From the NCBI GenBank assembly GCA_951406725.2, contig OX597819.1:101618001-101682000 (forward strand): a DNA stretch of 64,000 nucleotides, given 5' to 3'. Shown one piece after another: positions 27,982-40,593 of the stretch. How positions within the stretch are numbered: position 1 is the stretch's first letter; each line of letters opens with the position of its first letter. This DNA comes from Octopus vulgaris (lineage: Eukaryota). The notes under the pieces were generated by a model that was not told where the DNA came from, ran no database searches, and saw only the letters and a program-made list of their open reading frames with translations. The translations under genes were made by a program, and so were the position numbers.

Positions 27982-28676
27982 ATTTATAATCTTTGAGTCG
28001 TGTTTGTCATATTTCATTGTCACACAATGCATCACATGTGCAAAAATATGGTTTCACAAAGTTTATTGCCTTCTTTGTATATTTAGTTATGTTTTCAGTG
28101 GTTTTAATTACTGGTGTGCAACTATGCTGAAGTACTACATTCGTGGTAATATCGATTAAGTACATATTGACCATTTTCATATTTAATATTTGTACCTACT
28201 GATATTGGTTCGGCGAGCCACTAAGTCACTGTTATTGTTGTTGCTGTGCAGTCTGGTTGTCGTACACATCTTTGATGATGAAATATTGCAATATCGCACT
28301 GCTTTTGTGTTTCCATTCGTGAGGGAACGTTGAAATTGTCACATAGGTGACAACACACAAAATTCCCTGATCACCTGCATCTTTTGGTCACGCTGTTTGC
28401 TGCAGTGGAATTAATTTTTTTTCTCCTGCTCTTTCTGTACCCCTTGAAAATTGGCTGTAATCAAACTTGGAGAAGGAACAGTTGATAAGTACGGGGAGAG
28501 TGGTGGCTGATTTGTGAGACGCTTTTATGTGGGAAACACAACATAGCTTCGCTAATGAGGAGAATAAGATTCCCAAAGTTCCAAAATGCTCAAGACACAC
28601 CGTGAATCACTGCGGCGGCCCTACGACCCTATTGCAAAGTAAAAGGCTGAAAGCTTGGCATATCATACAAGCATTG

Positions 28677-28740
<64 letters not shown>

Positions 28741-28839
28741 ACACACACGCACACACACACACATATACTTTAAGACCTTTCATTTGTTTCAGTTTTAAAG
28801 CTGCGATTATATTGGGACACGAACGTTAGTTCTGTTACA

Positions 28840-29380
28840 CCATTCTATAATATGTGGCATTTGGTAAATGAAAGAATTTGATGCTACTGCCCTCATCTGT
28901 GTTTCTTGCCGTGAGGTGGGCTCATCTGCAGCCCTTGACAGATGGAGATCCAGTTTCATTTTGAAGACATCTACATCCACACCATGCAGTTCCCTCATGC
29001 AGTTTGGCAGAATATTGAAGCACTGTGGGCCCTTGAACACCAAGCTGTTGCAGCATCGGCTCCTTTTTTTTGATAACGATGCCATATCTTTATGTATATA
29101 TGTATGTACATACACACATAAACACACACATACGCATGCACACAAGCATGTATGCATTATCACATATTCTCTCTCACACATAGATGCACACGTAAGTTCA
29201 TTTATATAACATTTACATGTATAAAAAAATATTTGCGTGTGTGTGAGTGGGGGGTTGGCATCTACACCCACACCATGCATTCTGGGAGATATTGAAGTGC
29301 TGTGGGCCCTTGAATACCAAGCTGTTAAAGTATCTGCTCCTGTATGTTGATGGAGATGCTGAGATCTTTGGCACACTGTA
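28840..29380 (-). mobile_element. CR1-group LINE 3' fragments (two overlapping pieces, 28840-29090 and 29258-29380)
   Basis: CNSLVFKGPQCFNILPNCMRELHGVDVDVFKMKLDLHLSRAADEP..RAVASNS, typical of a CR1-group ORF2 C-terminus. The second piece repeats the ctgtgggcccttgaa.accaagctgtt segment. Confidence 0.8.
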
Positions 29381-29438
29381 CTATAAATATACATATATAT
29401 GTCTGTGTGTGTGTGTGAGTGTGTGTGTGTATGTGTGT

Positions 29439-29471
<33 letters not shown>

Positions 29472-29530
29472 GGTAGAAATGGTAAGACAATACAAGAAAG
29501 AGACCTCGATATTATGTAAATAGAGGAATT

Positions 29531-29725
29531 TATCTGTAAATGTAATATGTGACAATTATTCGGTAGCCATGATAAAACTCCGAGTTTCGGATTTCGGGGT
29601 GGATCGCATTTTTTTCAATGGCCGGATAACTGAAGAGATGGCGGCGTGGATTTCCACCCCGACATCCGAAATTCGGAGTTTTATCATGGCTACCGAATAA
29701 TTGTCACATATTACATTTACAGATA
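29531..29725. repeat. Long inverted repeat (73-bp arms, 49-nt spacer), Penelope-like inverted pseudo-LTR
   Basis: 29531-29603 is the reverse complement of 29653-29725 with 2 mismatches. Contains a hammerhead core. Confidence 0.9.
29621..29690 (+). ncRNA. Minimal type I hammerhead ribozyme motif
   Basis: Stem I gccggataa/ttatcatggc; CUGAAGA 29630-29636; stem II gatg-cgg-gtgga/tccac-ccg-catc; GAAA 29668-29671; short near-palindromic stem III; GUU triplet 29678-29680. Confidence 0.7.
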
Positions 29726-29733
29726 TATATATT

Positions 29734-29853
<120 letters not shown>

Positions 29854-30279
29854 CATACATACCTACATACAGTGAAAAGGTTTACTATATATATATATAT
29901 GCATACACATGCACACATGCAGAGACACACATACGCATATACACAAGCATGTACACATTATCATATATTCTTTCTCTTACATATACCCTCATGCATGTAT
30001 GTATGTATATATACATACATACATATATATATGCATACATGTATGTATACGCAGTGTCTGATTTAGGTGTCCTGTCGTAAATAACACCAGTGAACCATAC
30101 AGATGTAAACATCCGCCATCTGTCACCTTGACTACCAAAATAAATGAGAAAACAGTCAAAATAAATGCATACATAAAAACAGAAAGAATCTATCCAATAA
30201 ATATATTCATATCGTAATTAACATCGTTATCAGGTAAATAATATTAAGTCTACACACGGCGAAAAAGTGGAGTGCTGAA

Positions 30280-30851
30280 GGTGGTACGGTACAGGTGGTG
30301 CTGGTAGGTCTGGTGATGGTTGTAGTAGTTAAGGTGGTGGTGGTGGTGGGGGTGCTGCGGGTACTGATAGTGATGGTTGGGTTGGTACTGAAACTGTTGG
30401 TGATGGTAGTTGCGGTGCTGCTTGTAGTGGTTAAGGGCGTGGTGTTTTGAGTTTGGTGGCGGTGGTGTATGGCGGTGGTGTTTGGTGTTGGTGTTTGATG
30501 GTTGTAATATTTTGTGGTGGGAATAGTGTTGTTTGGTGGTGGTGGTGGTTGTGATGATGGTGGTAGAGGTGTTGGTAGTGTTATTGGTGTTGGTGTTTGT
30601 GGCGTTAGTGTTGTTTTTGTTGCCGGTGGTGGTGGCGGCAGTTGTGATAGAATGGAAAACAGATGGTGGTGGTGGTGGTGTTGGTAGTAGTGGTAGAATG
30701 GAAAACAGGTGGTAGCGGTAGGAAAAAAAAGCAAGTAAAAACAGAAAAAGAAAACAAAACAAAAATTAAAATCTCTACAATAGCGAGGCGATGTATGAGA
30801 GAAAAGATAGGATGAATGAATGAGAATAAGAAAGAAAAAAGAAAGAGAGAC

Positions 30852-30894
<43 letters not shown>

Positions 30895-31320
30895 AAGAAT
30901 GAATGAATGAAAGAAAGAGAGAAAGAAATAAAGGGAGAAAGAAAGAAGGAAGGAAAGAGAGACAGAAAGAAAGAAAGAAACGAAAGGAAAACGGAAAGAA
31001 AAGGAAAAGGGGAGAAAGAAAATAAAAGAGAAAGAAGACAAAGGGGAGAAAAGAAGGTTGGAAGGAAGGGAGAAACAAAGGAAAAGGAAAGATGGAAGAG
31101 AGAGAGAGAGAAAGAAATGAAGACGGTAAGGAAAAAGGAAAAAGAAAGAAATGAAGGAAGTGAGAGAAAATGAATCAAAGAAAGAAACAAAAGACGAAAT
31201 AAAGAAAGAAGTAAAACAGAAAAGGAAAAAAGAAAGGAAAGAGAACAAGAAAGGAAGAGGGGGAGACGGGAAGAAAGGAATAAGTGTACAAAAAAAAAGA
31301 GAAAGAGAAATATGCACGGC
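30280..31320. repeat. Low-complexity (GGT/GTT)-rich tract followed by purine-rich (GAAA)n tract
   Basis: Direct inspection. Produces the spurious 405-aa ORF. Confidence 0.9.
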
Positions 31321-31421
31321 AAATGTAAGGCAACGAATAGGATGCAGGTGAGGTTAGAAACAGCGTGGGAGAAAATATAGCAATTATATATACATATGTA
31401 TATGTGTATGTAATTATCTAT

Positions 31422-31507
<86 letters not shown>

Positions 31508-31573
31508 GTATCTCTCTCTCTCTATCTATCGGTCTCTATCTATCCATCTATCTATCTATCCTTGTATTTCTCG

Positions 31574-31643
<70 letters not shown>

Positions 31644-31672
31644 GTCTGTCTCTCTGTCTATCTATCTATCTA

Positions 31673-31724
<52 letters not shown>

Positions 31725-31797
31725 CTTTGCATCTCTCTCTCCCTGTATCTATCTATTTAGCTATCTATCTTTGTGTGTCTCTGTCTCTATCTATCTG

Positions 31798-31901
<104 letters not shown>

Positions 31902-33309
31902 ATCTATCTATCTATCTATTGATCTGTTTGTCTGTCTATCTGTATCTATTCACGGATTTCTATGTGTGTATGCATGTGCGTGTGAATTTTAAACAAATAT
32001 ATCATTAATGAAATGAATATTCTAAGTAATGAAAATATGAATGGAATATCAGATTTATGGTAAGTAGACATTAATGACTTTCATTCATGTTAATTCATAT
32101 TCAGGAGAGAAGTATTTTACTAATCTGAACAATATTACACGCCTACACAGGTACTCACGCACACACATGCTTATACACATACACATATAAGTATACACAC
32201 ATACACACATGCATATACATACATATATTCAATACAGAATCCCACACGCCAATGGAAATTAACTCATTGTTTTTCTAATTTAATCAGTTGGTTGGCTGAA
32301 GTTGTAGAACCACAAAGTAAACGCCGTGTATTTGTTAGCTACGCATGTGAAGAGTGTTTGAGTTCAAATTTCACGAGACGACTTTATCCTTCGTCAGTAG
32401 GTAGTTTCGGCTTTATCATGCTGTGTCTTCAAATCCTGTAACGGCAGACATTACTTCACATCTTTCTAGATTTTGATAAAATAAATATTGCGGGAAGTTC
32501 TGTCTAATTAACTGAATCTGTTGAAATTTATAATTTGTATTCTAGAAATTAATATCCTGCACCCAGCTGTTGTTTTGCGGTTTTGAGGTAACATAAATGT
32601 GCTCTCTGGTTTTGGAGAAAGTTCTCAACATAAGTATAAAATATTTCTGGTTTTGCAAGCTTTTTCATTATTTTGAAATGGTTTTTTAAAGTATATTTAA
32701 ACTCATTGGCGTTGAATAAATTTAATAGCTGTTGCCTTCTTTTGATCATATCAAGAAAAGAATTGTGCTGGAAATATTTTTGGATAAAACCTAACCATTT
32801 TAGGTCCAAATTAACCTCGTATCAAAATAAAAGTCGACTCAAATTTAGAAAAAGAAAATTTAAGGCGAATTAAGACAATCTGAAAGCTAATCAAGGTAAT
32901 ATTGCAGCAAATGGAAGATATCCAGATTAAAACACGTTAAATGTCTCGGTTTTGAATTGTTTCAACTCAATTTAATTCGTTCAAAATCTAAAGTCATTTC
33001 ATCGTTTGTCTTAAACCTATGATATTGTATTTGTTTATGGATGACGAAAGTTAGATTCAAAGCATTGAAAGATTGTCTTAAATACACAATCCAACACGCC
33101 AATGAAAATTAAGTCATTGTTTTTCTAGTGAAGTAACTAGCAAAGCATATAAAAACTTTACTCTTGAAACTGTACAATGTATTAAGAGGACAACACCATA
33201 AAATAGAAGTTACATTTGTACACTGGACATCTTTGCATAAAATTGCAAGTGGTAGAAGATAAATACGTTGAGTCACTTTTTGAATGTTTAAACGAACACC
33301 AACAATTAA

Positions 33310-34786
33310 CCCTTAGAATCCGAAATGCCGATGCATCGGCACTACGTCAAGTACGTATATTCCCGAAATGCTTGTCTACCGGCATTCTGTCTTCATTTTG
33401 TTATACGCTATAAAAATAACCACGTGAGCCACTTAGCAACCAATCAGTGAGCGTGTTATTTCGGGTCTTCCACATACATATTCTGTCGTGGATTCCTTAT
33501 TTCGTGCTTGAATTTTGATGACAATATTTTTAAAATGTGTCAGTGCTGAAGAAGCACTAGCTCAGATTCTTAGTGGTGATGGGGAGAATTTAGATGAAGA
33601 AGCACTAGCTCAGATTCTTAGTGGTGATGGGGAGAATTTAGATGAGTCTGATTACGGTAACAAAATTGATTTTGAGCAAGAAACTAGTTAAGAATCGCCC
33701 AGCAATTCCGACACTGATCAAGGTGAACTTGTATGTAATGTAGACAATGCTACAGTGCAAGCCTAAATCCCCCAAGCTAATAAGAGGTGGGGTGTAAATG
33801 TGGGTGTTAGCAGAGGCTTGATGGTGGTAGTAAACATGAATATTCCTCATTCCTGGAGACAAGATACGGTTGGTTTTATAGCAAGACAGTTTAGTCCTAA
33901 ACACCCCACTGGCCCAAACGATATTCCACCTCATATAAATGGTTAAAGTGGTTCATTGGATTTCCTTTCCTTGTTCTGGGACGATGTGCCCTCGGACATT
34001 TTGGTTAGAGAAAGTAATAAGAATGCCGCACGTGTCAAGGCTACGAAGCCCAATAACTATGCTGCAAAAAGTGTATGACATGACAGTAAAAGGCCTTCTT
34101 TGGATGTAGGGTTGCCAATAGAGATGTTAATTTATAAAGATAGGGATGAACAGTTCTGGCCGATTAGTGATGAAGTTCCTTATGTGGACATCATGTAATG
34201 CTTATGTTTTGCAGGGATTTTACAAGTCCGATGTTCAGCCTAACAAAAGAACCTTCACATTCCAGGCTTTCTTGTATAAGCCTTGTCATGAACGAATCGG
34301 TGATGTGAGAGTCAGTATTCAAGCGGGATATGATCATCCAGCAACTGCAGAAAATCACTTGGTTGGCTTTGGATTGCAAGAGGTGGAACGAGCTGAACCT
34401 GCAACCACAAACAATCAACCGGTCTGCTGTGTGCATAGAGAAACATAGGTTGGCTAAAAGTGCAAATCTTAATACTCAATATAAGGACTTGACATAACAG
34501 TCAAAGACTATTTTCTGGTGTAACCACTGCAAAGTTTTCCTCTGTATTGGGAAAACAGGAGCAAACTGCTGACACGATAGGCACAGCAAAGTGCAGTATT
34601 GGAGATAAATTAGTGAAATAATTCTTTAACATCTTGTATTCTATCATTTTTCACCATTTTGTACCCTTGTTTTGTGAAACAAGCATATCTTACTGCATAT
34701 ATTCTAAAATTAAAAACTTTCAGTGGAACTCGCTGGGAGCATAGAGTGGTGCATCCAATTCCTCTGGGTGGTTAGGGTTCAAAGCG
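33310..34786 (+). mobile_element. Internally deleted piggyBac transposon
   Basis: TTAA at 33306-33309 and 34787-34790; ends cccttagaatcc / gggttcaaagcg. Remnants LDFLSLFWDDVPSDILVRESNKNA, AFFGC, WTSCNAYVL and the C-terminal cysteine-rich KTIFWCNHCKVFLCIG..NC..H. Confidence 0.88.
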
Positions 34787-35092
34787 TTAACATTGAATTA
34801 TCACTGATAACATTCAACAAAGATAAATTAGGTCCGAATGAAGTATAATGAGTTAACTTTATGGAAGAGTGATTTCATTAACACAAATATATTTACAAAC
34901 CGAGAAATTATGTTCTGTATTTTCAAAACAGATGTTACCCATTGATTTATAAAAGGTGTTTTCTTATATGTTAAAGAATTTGTCAGGTGGAACTAAACTG
35001 TAATTAATTCCTCGTTAGATAAATGGATTAGAAATATAGTTCGATGACCGCGTTTAATTAAGAAAGAGATTAGGTGTTTTTATATTTTATTT

Positions 35093-35520
35093 TTTACTTG
35101 CTTCAGTCATACGACTGCGGCCATGCTGAAGCACAGTCATGGAGAGTTTTAGTCGAACGAATAAAAAATCAGAGCTTATTTTTTTTAAAGACTGGTACAT
35201 ATTCTATCAGGATCTTTTGCTGAACTGTTGTGTTGTGGGGACGAAAATAAACAAATACCGGTTGTCAAGCAATGGTTGCGAACAAAAAAACAAACACACA
35301 CACACACGAACACAGAAACACACGCACAAGCATACACATACACAAAAATACATATATACATACAAAGGGCTTCTTTCAGTTTCTGTCTACGAAATCCCCT
35401 TGCAAGACTTTGGCAGATTGGGGCTATAGAAGAAGGCACTTGCGTAAGGGTCTAGGCAGTGGGACTTAAGCCAGAGCCATGCAGATGGACAGCAACCATC
35501 CTAACATACAACCTGCCTGA
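35093..35520 (-). mobile_element. tRNA-derived SINE (major family, decayed)
   Basis: Colinear homology with 27241-27648. Confidence 0.82.
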
Positions 35521-36994
35521 GAGTTTATTCCATTTGTTTTAAAATTATTTTAAGCTGCATCAAGTTTATTTAAACTTATTGAAATGGGATGCAGTTCCAA
35601 CAATAATTATACATTCAAACTTAATGGCAAATACCTGGCTCTTTGATTGAATAGTTTGTTTTGAACTAAATGTTTTAGTTTCGATTCCACTCTGTGGCAT
35701 CTTGACTGTCTTCTGCCATGGTCCTAGATTGTCCCAAATATTGTGAGGGAAATTTGACTGGGGTAAACTGCGTGAAAAATCTTTGGATAGAATTTATAGA
35801 GTCTTTAGTTGTAGATTTCAACCATCATCCGATTCAACTAAGATAAATCATGTCCCAGTGAAGTATATCGAGTCAACTTTATGGAAGAGTAGTTTCATTA
35901 ACACAAGTATATTTACAACCAGAGGAACCGATAGCAAAATTTTCCTGGTTCTGGGTACCTTTGCCAGAAACAATTTGAAACGTGCTACACTTCCGCGTCT
36001 CAAAACAAGGACGGTGCCACGATTTTCTAGGCCAGCACCATAACGTTCCCCCTTTAACTCAGTCTTACAATGTCCAGACTATTGTCACTACAATGTCCAG
36101 GCTATTTTATCAGCCCTACAACATCCAGCCGCTTCTAGCTTTACAACGTAGGACCTTTTCTCCCGACCCTACAATACCTGCGCTTTTTCCAATTCTAAAA
36201 TATGCAAGCACTTCCCACAGCCTAACAGTACGCACCCTTCCTATTAGCCATGCTATGTGATTTTTCCCTTCCCCCTCTTTATCATAATTATTCCCCTTCT
36301 CATTGGCAAGACCTTATTATGGTTATCTCCCCTCTGTTGATTCTAAACTTTATAATCTCAATGTATAATTACATGAATGATCTCAATCAAGCGGGCTTTC
36401 AACTCACTTTATTATATATGTAAGATCGTATTTATCTGAAAGCAGTGTAATCAAATGAAGCAACACCTAAGAATGTCTTCAACTCATGTTACCCTCCCAG
36501 AACAAGTAAAGACCATTGTTAAATACTTCATATAAAGTTAGTGATGAAGACAGTAGATTTGAACTTGCACTTTAAAATTCGACAATTTGTGACATAAAAA
36601 ATAGAGAAATTACAACTTCGAATGTTCTAATATTTTTCTTCTGAGATGCTCCTGGAAAAGTGGTTTGTTTCAATTTGTTCAAGATTTCACAGAAACAATA
36701 AAACAGAATATGCTGTTTCAAAAAAAAAGAGCAAAAAGATTTTTAAAAAACTCATCAATTGCAAAATTACATTTGCCGTTCTTTGCTTTTCCTTTTTTAC
36801 CTTACAAGTAAACTAATCCCTAAACTTTAACCTTTAGTCACGTGATTAAGGTAGTTTGGAAATATATTATGGCTTCCTTCTTTGCCTATTCATCATTGTT
36901 TGCAGGCACCCGTGTGTGCGTGTATAGGGATATCTGTGTGTATTTATATATACATGTGTGTGTGTATGTATATATATATGTATATATATGCATA

Positions 36995-37046
<52 letters not shown>

Positions 37047-37266
37047 TGTGTTTATATGCGTATATAATATATATTTATATACATATATCACACGCACACA
37101 CACATATAGGTGAGTGTATATGTATGTATGTATTAAAATATTAATCAGCTAATATATGAGTTTATTCAATTTTTTCCGTTATAATTTCATGTTCGTTGAC
37201 TTTATTTTCGCCATGTTTTACAACAGCAACAAAAACAACAACAACAACCACAACAACAACAACAGC

Positions 37267-37313
<47 letters not shown>

Positions 37314-37637
37314 TAATAATAATAATAAAGAGAAATAACATTTAAAGGAATGTTGCATTTTCTTCAGATTACATAAGATAAAATTGTCAAATACTATTTA
37401 TTTCGGCTTCTAGTTGTCGGTATTTCTGTACTTTTACTTTAAGCCGTACTTTCTTAATTAATGCTGGTTTCAAATTTTGGTAGATGTCCAGGAATTTTGG
37501 GGTCAAAGGTTCAGTCGATTATAACGACAACAGTGTTAAATTAGTGTTTATTTTGTCTATATAGAATCGATGATAGACAAGGTCGACATCGGATGAATAT
37601 ATATATATATATATATACTTCACTTATTTATTTATTA

Positions 37638-37987
37638 ATTTACTTGTTTGAGTCATTTCATGCTGGGGCATAGCCTTTAGTTGAAAAAATCGACCCCAGG
37701 ATTTATTTGTTGTAAGCCTAGTACTTATTCTATCTCTTTAGCCGAACCGCTTAGTTGCGGAGACGTAAAGACACCAACGTCTGTTGTCAAGTGATGGGGG
37801 CGGGGACAAGCACAGACATACACACACAAATATATATATAGGACGGGCTTCTTTGAAATCCCGTCTACCAAAATCCACTTACAAGGCTTTGGTCGGCCAG
37901 ATGCTATACAAGACGCTTGCCCAAGATGCCACGCAGTGAATCTGAACCCAGAACCATGTGGTTGGGAAGCAAGCCACGCTGCACCTA
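37638..37987 (-). mobile_element. tRNA-derived SINE (major family, decayed)
   Basis: Colinear homology with 27241-27648 (gccgaaccgct.ag, gggcttcttt, cttgcccaagatgccacgcagt). Confidence 0.82.
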
Positions 37988-38005
37988 TATACATACACAA
38001 ACGCG

Positions 38006-38042
<37 letters not shown>

Positions 38043-38764
38043 GTATATGGCTAGGAAAGCCTTCTTTTTTCTGTCGAGATCTTATATGTCCCTTTATTCT
38101 CCTTAGTCCTTGCACGGTGATCATCAGAAGCTTTAAACTTATATAAAAATAACATTATTATTATTTGCAGGATTGTAAAAACGACGCCGTATAAAAAAAA
38201 AACATTCGCACCGAAATATATATATATATATATATATTCACACACACACTTGCAAACCCACCTGTTTGCGGGAAGGTTTATGAGTCGCACGGCAATCTAG
38301 GTTTCCGATTAATATAGGTTGACCTTGAATTTCCATCCCCCGCCAAAATTTTTATAGTCCTGAACCCTACCCACCCAATTTCAGAGGGAAAATATTTTGC
38401 CAAATTTTTACACGTGGGTTAGTACTTGTTGGCAATGGAACCTTTCCAGTAGCGCTCGTAATTTTAGAAATAACAGCCAAATCTCCCCAACCACACTGAA
38501 TCGTCTTTTATATGTGTGTGTATATATGTATGTGTTCTCTTTTCTGTGTAAGCATGTGCGTGTATATATGTGTGCGTTTATGCATGTATGTGCATGTGTG
38601 TATATATGTGTCTGTATATATATATATATATGCGTGTGTATATATGTGTGCGTATCAATATATGTGTGTGTACATATATATGTGTGTATATACATATGCG
38701 AGTATGTACATGTGTGTGTGTATATATGCCCACACATATACACTCATGCACACACACACAAAAT

Positions 38765-39386
38765 TTAGCGAGAGAATACCGTACGGGTTCGTCTTGCTCA
38801 ACAAAGACGGTGCAGTGTGGCTAGGGTGATTTGGCTGTCATTTCTAAAAGGACAAATGCTACTGGAAATGTCCCCTTTCCAACAAATACTGACCTTCATG
38901 TAAAAATGTGCCAAAAGAATTTCCCTGTGGAATTTTTTTGGGGGATAGGGCTGAAAATGTTGAGGGTTCCATCACACTCTACCTACCCACCGTTTCCCGG
39001 AAAAAAATGTTTTTGTGGCATATTAGAAGGTCACCGTAATTCATTCTACGTAAAAAAAAATTTCCCAAAATATCCATTCGTCCCCCACCCCGCATCTCCC
39101 AGCCTTTTCTTCCGAACCTCCAAAATAAGGGATTTGCGGGTACTTTGGAGATCAGGGGAGCTGATTCCACGCGAAAAATTGTTTTTTTTTCTGGTGAAAA
39201 GCGTGGGGAGGAACTTGTAAAAATTTACCTAGTTGGGTACGCTCTAGAGTCCCCAATATCGATCATTTTTAATTCTAAGTAGCCTATGTTCGACTTTTGT
39301 ATATGAAGCAACTATATATAAAATTTGAAAGTAATCGAATAAAAGATGTAGAAGTTATTGAAGTTCATTAAATTTTTGTACACAGA

Positions 39387-39461
<75 letters not shown>

Positions 39462-39517
39462 ACAAACACACACAAACACACACAGAGAAAACTTCAATTA
39501 TATATATATATAGCAGA
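38765..39517 (-). mobile_element. Putative decayed non-autonomous Helitron
   Basis: 5' end tctgc-(ta)n-attgaagttttctctgtgtg resembles the 5' ends of the other Helitrons. 3' end has a degenerate CTAG and hairpin remnant (ttagcg..taccgtacgggtt). Confidence 0.5.
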
Positions 39518-39605
39518 TATTTAAAGTAAACAGAAAATGGAGAAATATTGATCAACTACAAGTGGCTAACATCGATTATTACTTATTACTTTTTAAAACA
39601 AATAC

Positions 39606-39704
39606 CTTATCCCATCTAACAGCCGTTTCTGCTTCCAATGTTCCTCGGTGTTGCCATTGAAACTTCTGAGAATATTCTTCGTCACGTTTTGTAACACATG
39701 TGAT
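39606..39704 (-). CDS. Internal 99-nt coding exon (ITCVTKRDEEYSQKFQWQHRGTLEAETAVRWDK)
   Basis: Long pyrimidine tract (ctcttcttttcttttcttc..) and ccatcttccag| acceptor; AAG|gtattt donor; phase 0/0; non-repetitive sequence. Confidence 0.75.
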
Positions 39705-39915
39705 CTGGAAGATGGCGCATCATCAGAGTGAAGAAAAATACATAAAATAGAAGAAAAGAAAAGAAGAGCCTCGAGAAGAATAAGAAAGGCTAAATCATAC
39801 CATTTTGCATATGCGACGCTTCAGGACGTTAAGTAAATGACTAAATTAAAAATATTAATTGGCGAGTTAATTTTTCAGTGCACATAAATAATAAAAATTA
39901 AAATAAAAACTTTAC

Positions 39916-39938
39916 CATAATGGGATACGTCATCAGGT
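39916..39938 (-). CDS. 23-nt coding micro-exon ((D)LMTYPIM)
   Basis: Acceptor ctccctctttttctag|, donor ATG|gtaaag; phase 1 in, 0 out; 211-nt intron to the 99-nt exon. Confidence 0.7.
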
Positions 39939-40416
39939 CTAGAAAAAGAGGGAGTGATAGTGCAATAACGTTTAGAAGATATCACAATAGTTCTTAAGAT
40001 CATGCTAATATTACTAATTAATAGTTTATCCTAATAAAATGCCTGTCAATTAATTACAATTATTTACTTACTGATATGTTGTAAAGACCAAACACTTATG
40101 ACCCTTTGTCCAACCCCCAAACCCAGCCGCCTTACCCACAATGGTCCAAATAGGGACCTCTCTGGGTTTTAACGACACTGCGGGCGATGTTCTTTGCTTC
40201 GCATGGTGCTTATTTACATGCTTGTTTGTTTTATTTTCAACGTCCTGGGCGGTTTCGGGCCACTTACAACATATACTGCTTCTCCATACTCTTATTTAAT
40301 ATTCAATTGTTTTTATTTACATATATCCACATAACGGTCTTAATAATTTGCCTTTTATTTTAGAATTTAACTGACCAGTTATATCGAAAGATGGACTTTG
40401 TTCAATCCCGTTACGT

Positions 40417-40449
<33 letters not shown>

Positions 40450-40582
40450 ACTACGGGCATATTTCATGAGTTTCAATCTACTGAATCCACTCACGTGGCC
40501 TTGGTCGGTCCGAGGCAGAACACATTTGGCAAAGGTGCCATACTGTGGGACTAAACACGGAAGTGTCGATTGAGAAGCAAAT
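40450..40582 (-). mobile_element. Partial major-family SINE ending at a Helitron
   Basis: gtttcaatctactgaatccactcac..ccttggtcggtccgaggc..aaggtgccatactgtgggactaaac..gagaagcaa. Confidence 0.7.
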
Positions 40583-40593
40583 ATATATATATA

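Noticed and set aside
30207-31424. 405-aa ORF and neighbours
   Set aside because: Translation of low-complexity GAAA and GGT tracts.
36066-36240. CRISPR-like repeat-spacer appearance
   Set aside because: Eukaryotic context, degenerate repeats, spacers only 5-10 nt, no cas genes.
40136-40280. Minus-strand donor gtaagg with an open phase-1 frame (..PREVPIWTIV)
   Set aside because: No pyrimidine tract or acceptor found upstream.
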